A stretch of DNA of 64,000 bases, taken from NCBI RefSeq assembly GCF_006345805.1, contig NC_043003.1:113274001-113338000 (forward strand). Direction: 5' to 3'. Origin of the DNA: Octopus sinensis (taxonomy: Eukaryota). This document shows positions 26,183-38,922 of the stretch, in pieces. The notes beneath the pieces are model-generated. The model ran no database searches, was not told the origin of the DNA, and worked only from the letters and a program-made list of their open reading frames with translations. The position numbers and the translations under genes are program-made. Positions within the stretch are counted from its first letter, which is position 1. Each line of letters starts with the position of its first letter.

Positions 26183-26442
26183 TAACAGTTATGAGTACAT
26201 CACATTTATATCATAGGGATACTGGATCCCAGCTGACTTGGGGTTCAATAACTATGATAACAACGATGGCAAATTCAGTGTCACAGCTCAATAAAACGGG
26301 AACGAAAACGCGTGCGAGAAAATGGCTGCCCAGTTATGTTAATTGTAAACCCACCTTACTGGTACAAGGTGTTGGACTGTGATGCAAGTTCTGGCTAAAT
26401 TTGCGCTGTTTATGGAATAATCTAATACTTTTTTATTGAATA

Positions 26443-26837
26443 CTAGCAGTATCGCCCGGCGTTGCTCGGATTTGTAAGGGAAATAACTATATAAGCATTT
26501 TTAGAGATGTAAAGTATAATAGCCATCTCAATATGGCTAACCACAAAGGGGGGGGGGTTACTGTAGCTTTTTACGTTCTGAGATTTAATAATACATTTTT
26601 AGAGAGTTACTTTCCTTATATATGCCAAACATGCATTAAAAATGGGAAAAATTTATGGTAATTTTTTTTTAATCGTAGACTCATCGTAGACGCGCGCTAA
26701 TACCCAGAAGGGCTCGATATGAATCCCGACTATAAGATATCCGGTTTTGGTTAAACTGCACCGCAAAATGTGGGAGTAGTTAGGAATCTAAATTGTAGGA
26801 GACAGACAGCACACAACCTCTCTTTTATATATAAAGA
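26443..26837 (-). mobile_element. Non-autonomous Helitron, family H2 (395 bp)
   Basis: Minus strand starts A|TCTTTATATATAAAA and ends ...CCGAGCAACGCCGGGCGATACTGCTAG|T. Confidence 0.85.
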
Positions 26838-27395
26838 TGTCAGAGTAATTTTGTATTTTGTAAATATGCTTATTTTCCGCTTTTGTTTTAATTGATAGCA
26901 AAGAAAAAAGACGAATAATGGGTTTCACTGATAATATAGATGCCTTTTTTTTGTGTTTTCTTTTTTACGTTCGTTGTCGAACGAGATTTTGAGAACGTTT
27001 TTATGTGAAGAATTGTTGGGAACAGACAGCGCCGTCTTGTACTATGATTTTTATAATTTCTTTTTCCCGTTATTTATAATGTGTTGTTTGATGTCTTGCT
27101 TCTCAAAGTCTTTAAAGATTGTGGCTTCATTCTTCATTATTTATCCGTTTTGTTCAAATAAACACTGTACATTGAGACTTTTTAGTAAAGTTCATTTGAT
27201 AGAGTTTCACCGTTGTCTAAGGGAACTTGCTCGGGTGCTTGTCGCAGTTCTGCGTTGAATCACGATTCAACATTTTGTTATGCGAAGGTTTACTGCTATT
27301 GTTCTTTCAGAATGTAAAGCAATTGGCTCAACAAGCAACGGGTCTGGGTTTCACAGAATCATATGTGCATCAGGAGTGACTGGGTCAATGTTAAA

Positions 27396-27581
27396 AGTAG
27401 TAGTAGTAGTATCAGTAGTAGTAGTAGTATCAGTAGTAGTAGTAGTAGTAGTAGTAGTAGCAGTAGCAGCAGTAGTAGTAGTTGCAGCAGCAGCAGTAGT
27501 AGCAGTAGTAGTAGTAGTAGTAGTAGTAGCAGCAGCAGTAGTAGTAGTAGTAGCAGCAGTAGTAGTAGTAGTAGTAGTAGC

Positions 27582-27622
<41 letters not shown>

Positions 27623-27704
27623 CAGCAGTAGTAGTAGTAGCAGCAGCAGCAGTAGTAGTAGTAGTAATAGCAGCAGTAGTATTAGTAATAGCAACAGCAG
27701 CAGC

Positions 27705-27763
<59 letters not shown>
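27396..27763. repeat. Long compound (AGT/AGC)n trinucleotide tract
   Basis: About 370 bp, in phase throughout. Confidence 0.95.
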
Positions 27764-27764
<1 letters not shown>

Positions 27765-28474
27765 TATTTGGGTGCTCTCTTGTAAACTGATAAAAATGAG
27801 GCGTGCTAGTTTCTCGTTGCAGTTTTCAACAAGTTGTTGAGCTCAATTTATTTAAAGAAGCTTCTTTCAGTTTCCAATACTGATTATTTTCACTTTATTA
27901 GTTTATTCGTTGGTAACTATGACATTATCTACGGAACCATTTGATAAATTTAGATTACATTCATACTAACAATCTGTTAGCATGTCTGTCTTGCCATTTG
28001 CGACCAGTTTTCTCAATGCAGCCGCTGTCTTAGTGCACGAAAACACACCGATGACAAATGGTTTTTCTGTCGCAGATTCCAGCCATTTGTCTGGGACAAA
28101 CATGTCATCAGATATCCGACTGAGTACCTGCATATATTGTAGAGATATACGTCGCAGACACTCAGGCTGTAAATTGACAGAAACAATAGTGCCGCAATTA
28201 CTTACCATCACCTATGTTCAGGCTTCGAACACTCTGAAGTCAGCTTCCCTTTTGCTCTTTTCTGGTTCGACAAATTCAGTACCAGTTATGTATACGGGCT
28301 CATGTAATCGACCGGATCCACATAGCGAATTTGAGGCAATGCTTGTAACATTCTAATATTTAAAACAACACCGTGTTTCAACTAAATATCTCAAAGACGT
28401 GTATACAAAGACAGCCAACTGTACCAAACATAGAAAGAAGGAGAGAGAGAGAGAGAGAGAGAGAGAAAGAAAGT

Positions 28475-28538
<64 letters not shown>

Positions 28539-29704
28539 AGGAAAGAATAAGAAAGAAGGAAAGAAAGTGTGAGAGTGATAGACTCCAATCAAACATACTG
28601 AAAGAAATATTGATCTAACACACATACATACATACATACATATACACAGACTTATATATAGTTCACACACAGAGTAAGAGTTAGACATTGATAGAAGTGG
28701 GATTAGAGAAAATTTGAAAAGTTATTTTTAAAGAAGCGAAAGAGAAAAATAGAAAAGTTGATGAAAAATAGGAAACGGAAAGAAAGTGAAAATATGAATA
28801 GCAAAATGATTATGAAAAGACTTTGGATTGTGTCCAGAATTCAGTGCTGTTCAACACACACCTGCGTAGTGGACACATACACACTGCATACCGATGTACG
28901 ATACGCTTTCAGGAAATTACATGAATATGTATGCATCTATGTATGTATTCATCTCTCCCTCCTCTCTTTCTCTCTCTCTCCCTCTGTGTGCACGTATATA
29001 TATTTGTGTATATGCACATATATATATATATATGTATATTGCATTATATATTTGTCTATATATTATTATTTATATATATATATATTTTGTTATATATATA
29101 TATATTTTTGTTTATATATATATATATAATTAGGTATATATATATATAATATGTATATATATATATATGCATATATACATATATATCTATTTGTATATAT
29201 ATGCATATGTATGCATATGTTTGTATGTTTATAAAACATACATAAGTGTATGTATGTATGTATGTATGTGGCTATATATTAGTGTACTCATGAATCTATA
29301 CACTATATCTCAGCTTTTCTCTTTCTACTTGATACGTTACGTAAAAGCACATACATTGGCGTACCAATGTATACACGCATGTATACATTCATAAAAATTC
29401 TCTACAAACTCAGAATATATCTGTATGTTTTTTTCTGAGATACTTATACGGCATGTTTCTATTAATGAGTATTTATGCACGCAGATATCACTACAACGCG
29501 ACTACATTCCCTTTATATATCTTTTATCTTTGTTTCCTTTATATTTGAGCACTTGCAATCCTATAAACCCTTTCGTTTCTATTAGAAGCGACAAATATTA
29601 TATATATATATATAATATAGTGATATGGATACGTTTGGGTCTTATTGACACCATTGCCTCTCATAACCTATATATATATATACACATATACATATGGGTG
29701 TGTG

Positions 29705-30270
29705 AGTGCATATGCAAGATAGTGGCAATACGCAGTCGAGTGGCCGGACGAATTCTGAGAACTTTCAGATCAAAGGAACTGGAAACTATGCTAGTTCTAT
29801 GGAGAACATTTCTCCTTAGATGTCTGGGCCACGGCGTCATATAAGTGCGGAGCTTGGGGTAGTTCAGCGGCGTTACACCAGGAATATTACATCAAAGGAT
29901 CAGCCGAACTATTGGAAGAATTACGACCCTACTCTCTGGAACGAAGGTGGGAGAGATATGCTGCGATATACATTTAGAAGATCCTAGAATAATTGGCTCT
30001 AAATTATGGCATCGAGAGTTATTTCAACTCCTTAAATGAATGTCACTGCATTGTTACAAAGGTCCCATCCACCCCGTCTAAAGTGAGGACTGGCATTCAA
30101 AGGTCCACAGCTATTTATCTTGCCAAATTATCTGAGAGATCCACATGGAGTTAGGGTAGATGTTTTCAAGAAGCAACTCCATCTTCTACTGTTGAAACTC
30201 CCAGATTAACCAATATTACAATACAAAAACTCAAAGAGGGAGGCAAAACCTTCCTCTTCACCAAAAAGCA
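29705..30270 (+). mobile_element. CR1-type LINE 3' fragment, degenerate
   Basis: RVAGRILRTFRSKELETMLVLWRTF; homologous to the reverse complement of 53700-54390. Confidence 0.75.
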
Positions 30271-30543
30271 TTCCCGCGAGAATGGCTATTGAAAAGGTGA
30301 TGATAAAAGTAGTCCCCCAGCAAGGTCACAACTTTAAGGCTGATACGCATAAAAGAATATATATAAAAATTAAATTAGAGATAAAACCACTATTAGGCAA
30401 ATCAAACAGTGAAAAACATAACCAAACCAAAACAATAAAATAAATAAATTAATATAATATACAAAATATATAAAATATAAATTTAAAATTGAAATTATTT
30501 AAATTAAAATTTTTAATTTATATTTATAAATTTTTATTTTTAA

Positions 30544-30593
<50 letters not shown>

Positions 30594-30604
30594 TATATAT
30601 ATAT

Positions 30605-31778
30605 ATATAATAGGGAGAGTTAATGCAAAAACAAAAGACGAAGAACAAGTGGTGTACAAAACAAACAGATGTATTAGTATAACGCTCAGGAATAAAATAT
30701 ATATATATAATATATATACTCTGGAATGGTCCATTATTTCGAGAGTCCCTTACTTTAGAGTAAGTATAAGTAATTGTAATTTGTGTGTAAAAGAATCCCT
30801 TGCCATCGTTAAGTCTTTTTGGCCAAAATCTTTGAATAGATTTACTGATAGGTTTCCGTCCACCTTTTTGAAAGTGTATAAAAAGAAAAGTAGACATAAT
30901 AATATTGTTGAGTTTACTGGGATTTGAAACCGGCAACGTTGAATTTCTGTTAACTACAGCCACCTAAGTGTTTAGCAATAGACATTTTTTTTATTAGAAA
31001 ATTTGGACGAGTCCATTTATGGGTTTTTCTTTTAAATTATATAAGCTTTTCATAATAATGCATGAGCTTTTCTTTAAAAAATTTTGATCTGTTCGTGTCT
31101 CCTGTTGGGGCGGGAGTCATCGTCGTTATGCACTTTAGTGTAAATAAACTACGGCGGGTGAGCTCCCGAAATGTCCAGAGATATATGTGAATGTTGAATT
31201 TGACCTGTGAAGTCTGCTCCTTATGAACTTTTGGATGTACTTATGTGGAGGGAGTAAAATACTTTTTTCAAGATTTATGTGAATTTAACCTGTGGAAATC
31301 TATTTACTTATGAACTTTGGACGTATTTGTATGAGATAAGTAAAAGACGTTTTTCAAATATTTAAAAATTTATTTTAAATTAAAAAAATATATTCTCATC
31401 ATCTGATAAAACTTTTTTAGTCGGTGGATATTTGTTTTTATTTTTACCTTTACTTATTTCATATTTGTCTCAGGTTTTTTGTTAGTTTTTGAATTTTTAC
31501 CCGTTTATATTTAGCATTTTTGATTGGCCGTTCTATTTGTATTGTATTCCATTATATATTTTTACCTTCTGTGATTTTACGTATATGTATTACTTTTTAT
31601 GTGTTTGTGACCCATGGTGGTTTTTTATATGATTAAATGTTTGAGGGTTGGTGCTCTATGTAAAGTCGTTGACCCAAATTTAATGTTTCTTCTATAACCA
31701 ATGCTTCTTTATCTTCGTCTCCTTTATATTTGAGCACTTGCAATCCTATAAACCCTTTCATTTCTATTAGAAGCGACA

Positions 31779-31800
<22 letters not shown>
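30605..31800 (-). mobile_element. Decayed A-rich element with a Penelope-like 3' terminus; class uncertain
   Basis: 3' end (30605-30700) is related to the 23040-23130 tail; bounded by (TA)n; no recognisable catalytic motif. Confidence 0.3.
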
Positions 31801-31819
<19 letters not shown>

Positions 31820-31900
31820 TGCTATGGATACCTTTGGGTCTTATTGACACCATTATCTCTCTTAACCTATATATATACACACACACATAGATACATATAC

Positions 31901-32156
31901 GGTACTACTTAAGAAGAGTGGTCCCGGTGCGCGCACTCGCGTACTCGTGCATTCGCGCTAGCTAGTCGTGACTAGTCGATCCTTACTTTGCTTTTGTTAC
32001 ATTGTTTTAAAAAATATTATTTACTTTGTGTAAAAAAATTATTTATTTTGTGTTTTATTTACTTCGCTAGGTAGTCGTTGTAGGATCGACTAGTCACGAC
32101 TAGCTTGCGCGAGTACGCGAGTGCGCGCACCGGGATCACTCTTCTTAAGGAGTACC
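31901..32156. mobile_element. Merlin-type MITE (GGTAC termini, ~80-bp imperfect TIRs, 9-bp TSD TACATATAC)
   Basis: GGTACT(A/C)CTTAAGAAGAGTG(G/A)TCCCGGTGCGCGCACTCGCGTACTCG at both ends; TSD at 31892-31900 and 32157-32165. Confidence 0.85.
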
Positions 32157-32254
32157 TACATATACGATATATATGTATGTATGTATACACTTATATATAC
32201 CCATACATATATTTGCCAGTCAGAAAAGTGGGGGCGAAGCAACTGTGAAAGGTT

Positions 32255-32580
32255 TTAGTCGAAAAAATTGAAACCAGTGCTTGTGTTCTTGTCCCTCAAG
32301 TCAGGTTCTTATTTTATCCTTGTATTTCGCCAAACCACTAAGTTACGGGAACGTAAACATACCAACATGGGGCGTTAAGACGCCAAAACACAAACGCAGT
32401 CATACATACGCGTGCGTACACACACACACACACGAGGGGCTTCCAGAGAGTTTGTCTACCAAATTCACTCACAATCAAACGGTCGGACCGCAGCGACAGC
32501 AGGAAACACCTGCTCAAGATACCGTGCAGTGGAACTGAAACCGAAACCACGCGGTTTCAAAGCCAGCATCTTCGACACTC
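32255..32580 (-). mobile_element. Degenerate SINE family B
   Basis: GTCTACCAAATTCACTCACAA and AAACCACTAAGTTACGGGAACGTAAAC blocks. Confidence 0.65.
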
Positions 32581-34230
32581 TTTGCTGATGCCACCGTGGA
32601 ATTAACCAATTGAATTATGCTTTCAAGTAACAAAAACCCAAGTGATGCTACTAAGTATTAAGTCGACCGTGACATCAGAAAAATGAGCGACGACTGAAGG
32701 GTGTTAGCCAACCGGAACGCTGGATTGCTGTCAGACAACACGTGACCGGCACATTTGATAAACAAATGACGTCCACAATCAATCAACCAACCAACCAGAA
32801 TGCTGGACTACTTTGGAGCAAAAACAAGTGCCCAGAACTCTGAGCAACTGAAGTCAACCAACCAAAACGCTGGACAAACACTAATAAGTAACCAGATAAG
32901 CAAATGACGTACTCAGACACCAAACCAACCAGAACGACTGACGTTTATTAGTAAGGGGTTAGTGAGAACTTGAACCTGTCTTAAAATCTATATATACAAA
33001 GCAATACCAAGTTGAAATACAGTTCAAGTCTGTAACAGTTCAGCAATCGAGGAACAATTCTCCTTTATACAATACGACCGAACATCTTCCCTTCTTCATT
33101 AAAATCTTCACATCTAATTTGCTAATATAACTCTTTCATTTGAAACCTATTGTGCTTTCAAAGATCCACCATTTATTAATGCTATGAACCTACATCATTT
33201 CCTATTGCTGTGAAACTTATTCAACACTTGTATTTCCCTCGTGTGATTTCGCTACGAAACCTATTGAACGATTTTGAATATATTTTATCATTTTATCACT
33301 ATGAAACTTTTAGCGAGGCATTCTCTTCGTTTGAAATGATTATCTCCTTCTTTAATTTTACATTTTCTAAGGAAAGTAAAGGGGAAAAAGTTGTGGAAAC
33401 CGATATCGTTTTTAATAAATTTTAAGAAATATAAAAAGACTACAGTTCGTTTTAAAACCCAGGTGCATTTTCAACCCCGAAATCAATTCTCGTGTGTGTT
33501 TGTGTGTGTGATTAGTTCATGGTCCTGTACGGCAACATTTTTGGATAATATGTATAGTGTATCCTTTAATAAGCATACCATTTTGGTAAAGCTGAGAAAA
33601 ACTAATTCGTTACAGCAAAATATTTTAGAGCAATATTAAATTTGTAGATTTATTAAAAGATTGACTGGCGAAGCGTAGGATATGTGGGGTGTCCGGAGCG
33701 CAGAGGGCAACCACTTTAGTAATGTGTGTTTGCTGCAGGCGAGAATCTGCTACGTTTAAAAAAGTAACCGCCCAAATTGGCTACAGTACTAAACAGCCAA
33801 AACCCACGTCGGGCCTCTGAAGCTGCTTTTCTAGGCCGAATAAGCGAATGACCTAAATGGATAAATAAGGTAAAAGATAATATTGATTAATGCTGGAAAA
33901 ACAAACCCAGTAACAATAATTAGCAGTTCGCCATGAAAGAAGGACAACATTTCAACAAATCATGGAATAATATCCGAATGCTAATTTTCGTATAGATCTA
34001 TATCTGTTATAAATATGTTTGTACATAGAAACACGCACAAACACTCACACACACACACCCGCCTACACACAGAAACACACTCATTCACTCACTCATATAT
34101 ATATATATAAATGTTTTGGTGACATACATATGTGTGCGCATGTATGTATAATTAGCATATATTTATTGCACACAAACACATGTACCTATACAAATTCATG
34201 TGTACATATGTATATATATGTATGTATATA

Positions 34231-34278
<48 letters not shown>

Positions 34279-34909
34279 CACACACACACACACACACACA
34301 TCTCTCACTCTATATACGCATCTTTGTAAATATGCATGTATGTATAAATGAACATAAATGTATGTTTTGTGTGTGTGCGCGTGCGTGTATGCGTCTTTGT
34401 GCGCATATACACACACACACACTCTCTCTCTCTCTCTCTCTCTCGCACACACTCCGACTATCGATTTTCCTAAAATCTCCTCTCACCAGAAGATATTAAA
34501 AATGATGAAGCTGTCTGGCTGTAGACTCTGGTTGGCAATGGTTACTCTTGCTGTTCTATTCTATTACAAGTTACATCGTATCGATTAAATAACATACTTC
34601 AGCCCAGCCTCTCTCACTCTCTCTCTCTCTCTCTCGCTCACTCTCTCTCTCTCACATTCTCTCTTTCTCTCACACTGCTTTCTAGGTTTTTCCATATCTA
34701 AGTAATTATCTATGTATGTGAGAGTTTCTGTGTGTGTATTTGTGTTGTGTGTGTGTGAATGTGCGTGTGTGTGCGCGTCTGCAGACAGGTGAGTATGCTC
34801 ATATCTCTATAAAGGTTTTAACGTGGGTTCTTTTGCAATTATGGTTCAGCTGCCTTCCTTTATATGCACGTGAATCGGTATGTGTATATATATATATATA
34901 AACGTACGC

Positions 34910-34948
<39 letters not shown>

Positions 34949-35302
34949 CGTATGTGTATGATTGAGTTTCTGTGTAAGTGGTTCTGTGTTTGTTCTTTGT
35001 AAGGTTAACAGACTTAAATATTTGCCATAAATTTTCGCATATTTCCCCTCTACCTATTCTGGTCATCCTGTCTTCTTGACCAACACCTCTGCCGTCGTCG
35101 TCTTCTCTTCAATTCATTTCTAACATTTGAAATATTGTTTGTGTTTTACTTTCTACTCTACATTTCACCCTTTTCTGTGCTTCTTTATTCTTTGTTTGTC
35201 TGTCTCAGTATCTATCTGTCTGTCTGTATGTTTGTCCGTTTCTTGCCTTTCTCTCTTATTGTATATGTATGCGTGTGTGCATGCAATCATACATACATGT
35301 AT

Positions 35303-35336
<34 letters not shown>

Positions 35337-35574
35337 ATATATATATATATATTACGGAGATGTACTTGCATAGCAAGTGATTTGATCTCAGATCATGTGC
35401 TGGAACGAAAACAATTGCAGCGTGGAAAGTGTTTGTAAGCGATTTAAGAAACATACAAAAGCCGTTCGATTCACTTCAACATTTAAGTTTAATTTGTCAA
35501 AATATTTTCATCGCTTTAAGACCGCGACCTGTTCACTGACAAAAATCCGTGCTGCATATATATATATATACACG

Positions 35575-35825
35575 CAGCAAATTTAGAGGGGCTGGACGCG
35601 TCGCCCGGCTCACCGATAATCGGTGGACCCGCGCAGTTGTCGAGTGGTACCCGCGCGAGCGGAGACGACCACCCGGAAGGCCTCCACGACGGTGGAGTTA
35701 CGATTTCAGGGGGACGATTGGGATTACGTGGATGAGAAAGGCGCGATCCAGAGAGGAGTGGACAGCGTGCTGTGACCAGCGGTGTCAAATGGACGCCTGA
35801 CGGACTGGTCGGTCAAGGTGAAGGT
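35575..35825 (+). mobile_element. RTE-clade LINE 3' end
   Basis: AGRVARLTDNRWTRAVVEWYPRERRRPPGRPPRRW...WMRKARSREEW. Confidence 0.85.
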
Positions 35826-35876
<51 letters not shown>

Positions 35877-35946
35877 TGGTAAAACGGTAAGATAACAAAA
35901 GAAAGAAAGAGACCTCAATATTATGTAAATAGAGGAAATTTATCTA

Positions 35947-36132
35947 TAAAATATATGTTACAATTACTCAATAGTCAAGATAAAACTCTGAGTTTCAGAT
36001 GCCGAAGTGGAAATCCACAACACCATCTCTTCGGTTTTTCAGATGGCCAGATAACCGAAGAGATGGTGTTGTGGATTTTCACCTCGGCATCCGAAACTCA
36101 GAGTTTTATCTTGACTATTGAGTAATTGTAAC

Positions 36133-36140
<8 letters not shown>
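35947..36140. repeat. Near-perfect palindrome, ~90-bp arms, 16-nt spacer, set in TA-rich sequence
   Basis: 35947-36036 is the reverse complement of 36053-36140 with a few substitutions and one 2-nt indel. Confidence 0.95.
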
Positions 36141-36182
<42 letters not shown>

Positions 36183-37149
36183 GAAATAAATGGAAAATAC
36201 ACATTAAGAACAGGACATCACCAACGAGTGAAAATTACGTAGACACAACGAAAGATAAGTACAGGAAAACCACTAAAAGAAGTCTATCTCCTTCTCTGTT
36301 GTCGACTCTAATATTACTCCGTTTCGTGCTTTTAACAAGACTTTAAAACTTCATAAGACAGCAGCAACCAGAAGTTTTTAAAATATAAAATTGTGGTGGG
36401 TTAGCGCCTCGAACAAACAAACGGCAGAGTGGATGTACATAAATAAGCAATCGACGAAGACAAACATTTAGGAGCGTTAGACCACGATGGGTAACGCCTG
36501 AGAGAAATTTTGAAAGGATATAGAATAGATATTAAAGAAAAAAGATCGAGAGATAAGAAAAATGACGTCCGGCTGACTGGACGTCCAAAGATAGAGAAAT
36601 AAGAAAAATGGCCTGTAGTCACGTGAGAACAACAACCAGAGGGGAAGGGAAACGAGAGGATGAGGGAAAGAAACAAAGGGAGAGAGAAGGAAAGAGAGAT
36701 AGTGGAGAGTGAAAGAAAGTCAAGCTTTCAGTATTGTCAAACTGTTTTGCCGATTCAAAAGAAGAATTTTATTAAGGTAGACACGTTTCCCGAATGCTCG
36801 GTCACCACACGAATTCACTGAAGTCAACTGATGAAACAACTGTACAACTACACATCATAGCGCGCGCACACCACTATATATATATATATATATATATAAA
36901 AAATTCAAACTTACAAGGAAAAAGAATTCAATTTAGAAATACTAAATGAAATTACTCACCTATTATATACATTTTTATTATTATTGTTGCAATTTACATA
37001 ATCTTTACATTTTATTCGTATTTTAATTTTAACTTTTCTATTATATGTAATTTTCTAGATGGTGTAATTTGATTATTCATTTTGAATTGATAAAAGGTGG
37101 TATTTTTCTAATATTATATATGTGTGTGTATATATATATACTAAATAAA

Positions 37150-37725
37150 AGGTGCCTTCCAAAAGTTTTGAAACTTTTTTAGGAGAGGCAGTTGTAACTG
37201 TCCTAGGTTATTGTAATTCTTGTATATCATAACACATCAAATAAGCTGACCTGCCACCAACTTCCTTAATTCCACACTGAAGGAGACGGCTGTAACAAGA
37301 CTTTGATAACATCCTACTAAACACTGCTTGTCACAGCTAACTCGTTTGAAGAATGCAGCAGATGCGAAGACAAGTTGGAATCCCTCGATGCAATAAACTT
37401 TGTGTCACAGAAATGTCAAAACGTCACAGAACCTTAGGAAATGCTCCAAACTGTTTATGGATTGACTTGTATGAGACAACCATTTTTTTTTTTTGTTGCT
37501 GGCAGAAGGATTTCAAGGACGGTAGAGAGGAGATAGAGATATTGGAAGGAAGGGTTCATCAGAGCTGGTTGAGAAAACTAGCAATATTTTTGAAGATTAT
37601 GTATCAATAAAGGCAATAGGCATAAAGTCTGAAGTTTGTGAAGCATCTGTAAACAGAATTATTCACGAAGATCTAAACACGCGTAAAATTTGTGCGAAGT
37701 TCGCTCCTAGGATGCTCGATGACGA
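37150..37725 (+). mobile_element. Mariner transposase 5' relic
   Basis: WQKDFKDGREE and SVNRIIHEDLNTRKICAKFAPRMLDDEQ (WVPR-equivalent motif). Confidence 0.75.
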
Positions 37726-37729
37726 ACAG

Positions 37730-38465
37730 TCTTCTGAGAAGTCAGTCGTCTCAGATGCCTACCTTCTGAGATGCCAGAATTCTGGAACGCAACACGGAGA
37801 AGTTTTTTTGTAAGATGATCCGAAAACCCCAGACTTACCAAAGAAAAAAACCAAAATGACCTTACAATGGTTTGGCTAGATTTGGTCAATGCGTACAAAC
37901 CTACACCGCATTCTCTCAATCATACAGACTTATCTTGGACATCAACACCGAGAGTATATTCCCCAGATGCATCCAATTGCATTTCAAAACAAATCGATCC
38001 CAAGATCTAGAGAAGGAAATCATAACTGGCTCTACAGAGTTTCTTTCTCAACCTCATCCACCATTCTCTTCAACGTGGAATGAACTTTCGTATAACCAAT
38101 GCTGGACATCGAAGAACGAAAAGATGGTCAAGTTGCCAAAAACATCCGATAAGGGGATTCATGGATGTTCTCACAATGGCAACCAAAACCCATAACGAGG
38201 AGAAACAGATGCTAAGTTCACTCCAACACCAAGTAACATGAACTAGAATGACTTCTAAGGCTAATAAATCTAGTGGTATGGTGACCGCAGAAGCAAACTG
38301 ACAAACAGGATCAAGTTACACAATCCATCGACTAAGGAAAGTTGCTTGAATATTCACCCACTGACAGAAGCAACATTACCACTAATGAGAACCAGAAGGA
38401 GGAGTAGGTGGCAAGGATTGAAGGATCGGGCCTTCCAGGAAAATTCAAAGCATGGCTCTGATAAC
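37730..38465 (+). mobile_element. R2/NeSL-like RLE LINE RT fragment
   Basis: DLTMVWLDLVNAY, QDLEKEIITG, PIRGFMDVLTM, KIEGSGLPGKFKAWL. Confidence 0.75.
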
Positions 38466-38510
38466 ACCGACATTCACGTGGATATTGGCACCCCCAGACA
38501 CATCAATATA

Positions 38511-38741
38511 TATTTCTTTACTACCCACAAGGGGCTAAACACAGAGGAGAGAAACAAGGACAGACAGACGGATTAAGTCGATTATATCGACCCCAGTGCG
38601 TAACTGGTACTTAATTTACCGACCCCGAAACGATGAAAGGCAAAGTCGATCTCGGCGGAATTTGAACTCAGGACGTAACGGCAGACGAAATACCGCTCAG
38701 CATTTCGGCCAGCGTGCTAACGTTTCTGCCAGCTCGCCGCC
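38511..38741 (-). mobile_element. SINE family A
   Basis: Full-length reverse-complement copy. Confidence 0.88.
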
Positions 38742-38922
38742 TCAATACCATATATTCTAGCTATAATCTTTTAACTTGACATACTATCACCAACTATCAT
38801 AATTCCAATTTAATCCCATATATTCACACACACACACACACACACACACACCTGCCTATCCCAAAAAACACACGCACTAAAAAATACTCTCTAAATACTA
38901 GCTTTCATTCATCTGACAAACT

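Noticed and set aside
27966-28356. Overlapping 81-aa and 124-aa ORFs next to the AGT tract
   Set aside because: No recognisable domain, partly made of a decayed SINE (28215-28345), and no consistent splice model.
32706-32941. CRISPR-like repeat/spacer appearance
   Set aside because: Only four degenerate 19-bp units, spacers related to each other, no cas genes, eukaryotic context.
34481-34588. Signal-peptide-like MMKLSGCRLWLAMVTLAVLFYY (+) and a possible minus-strand exon TARVTIANQSLQPDSFIIFNIF
   Set aside because: The plus frame stops after 28 codons and the minus acceptor is weak; there is no independent support.
36300-36375. CTTATGA...GAAACGGAGTA hammerhead-like motif on the minus strand
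   Set aside because: G5 is mutated, stem II is imperfect and there is no stem I; too degenerate to call.
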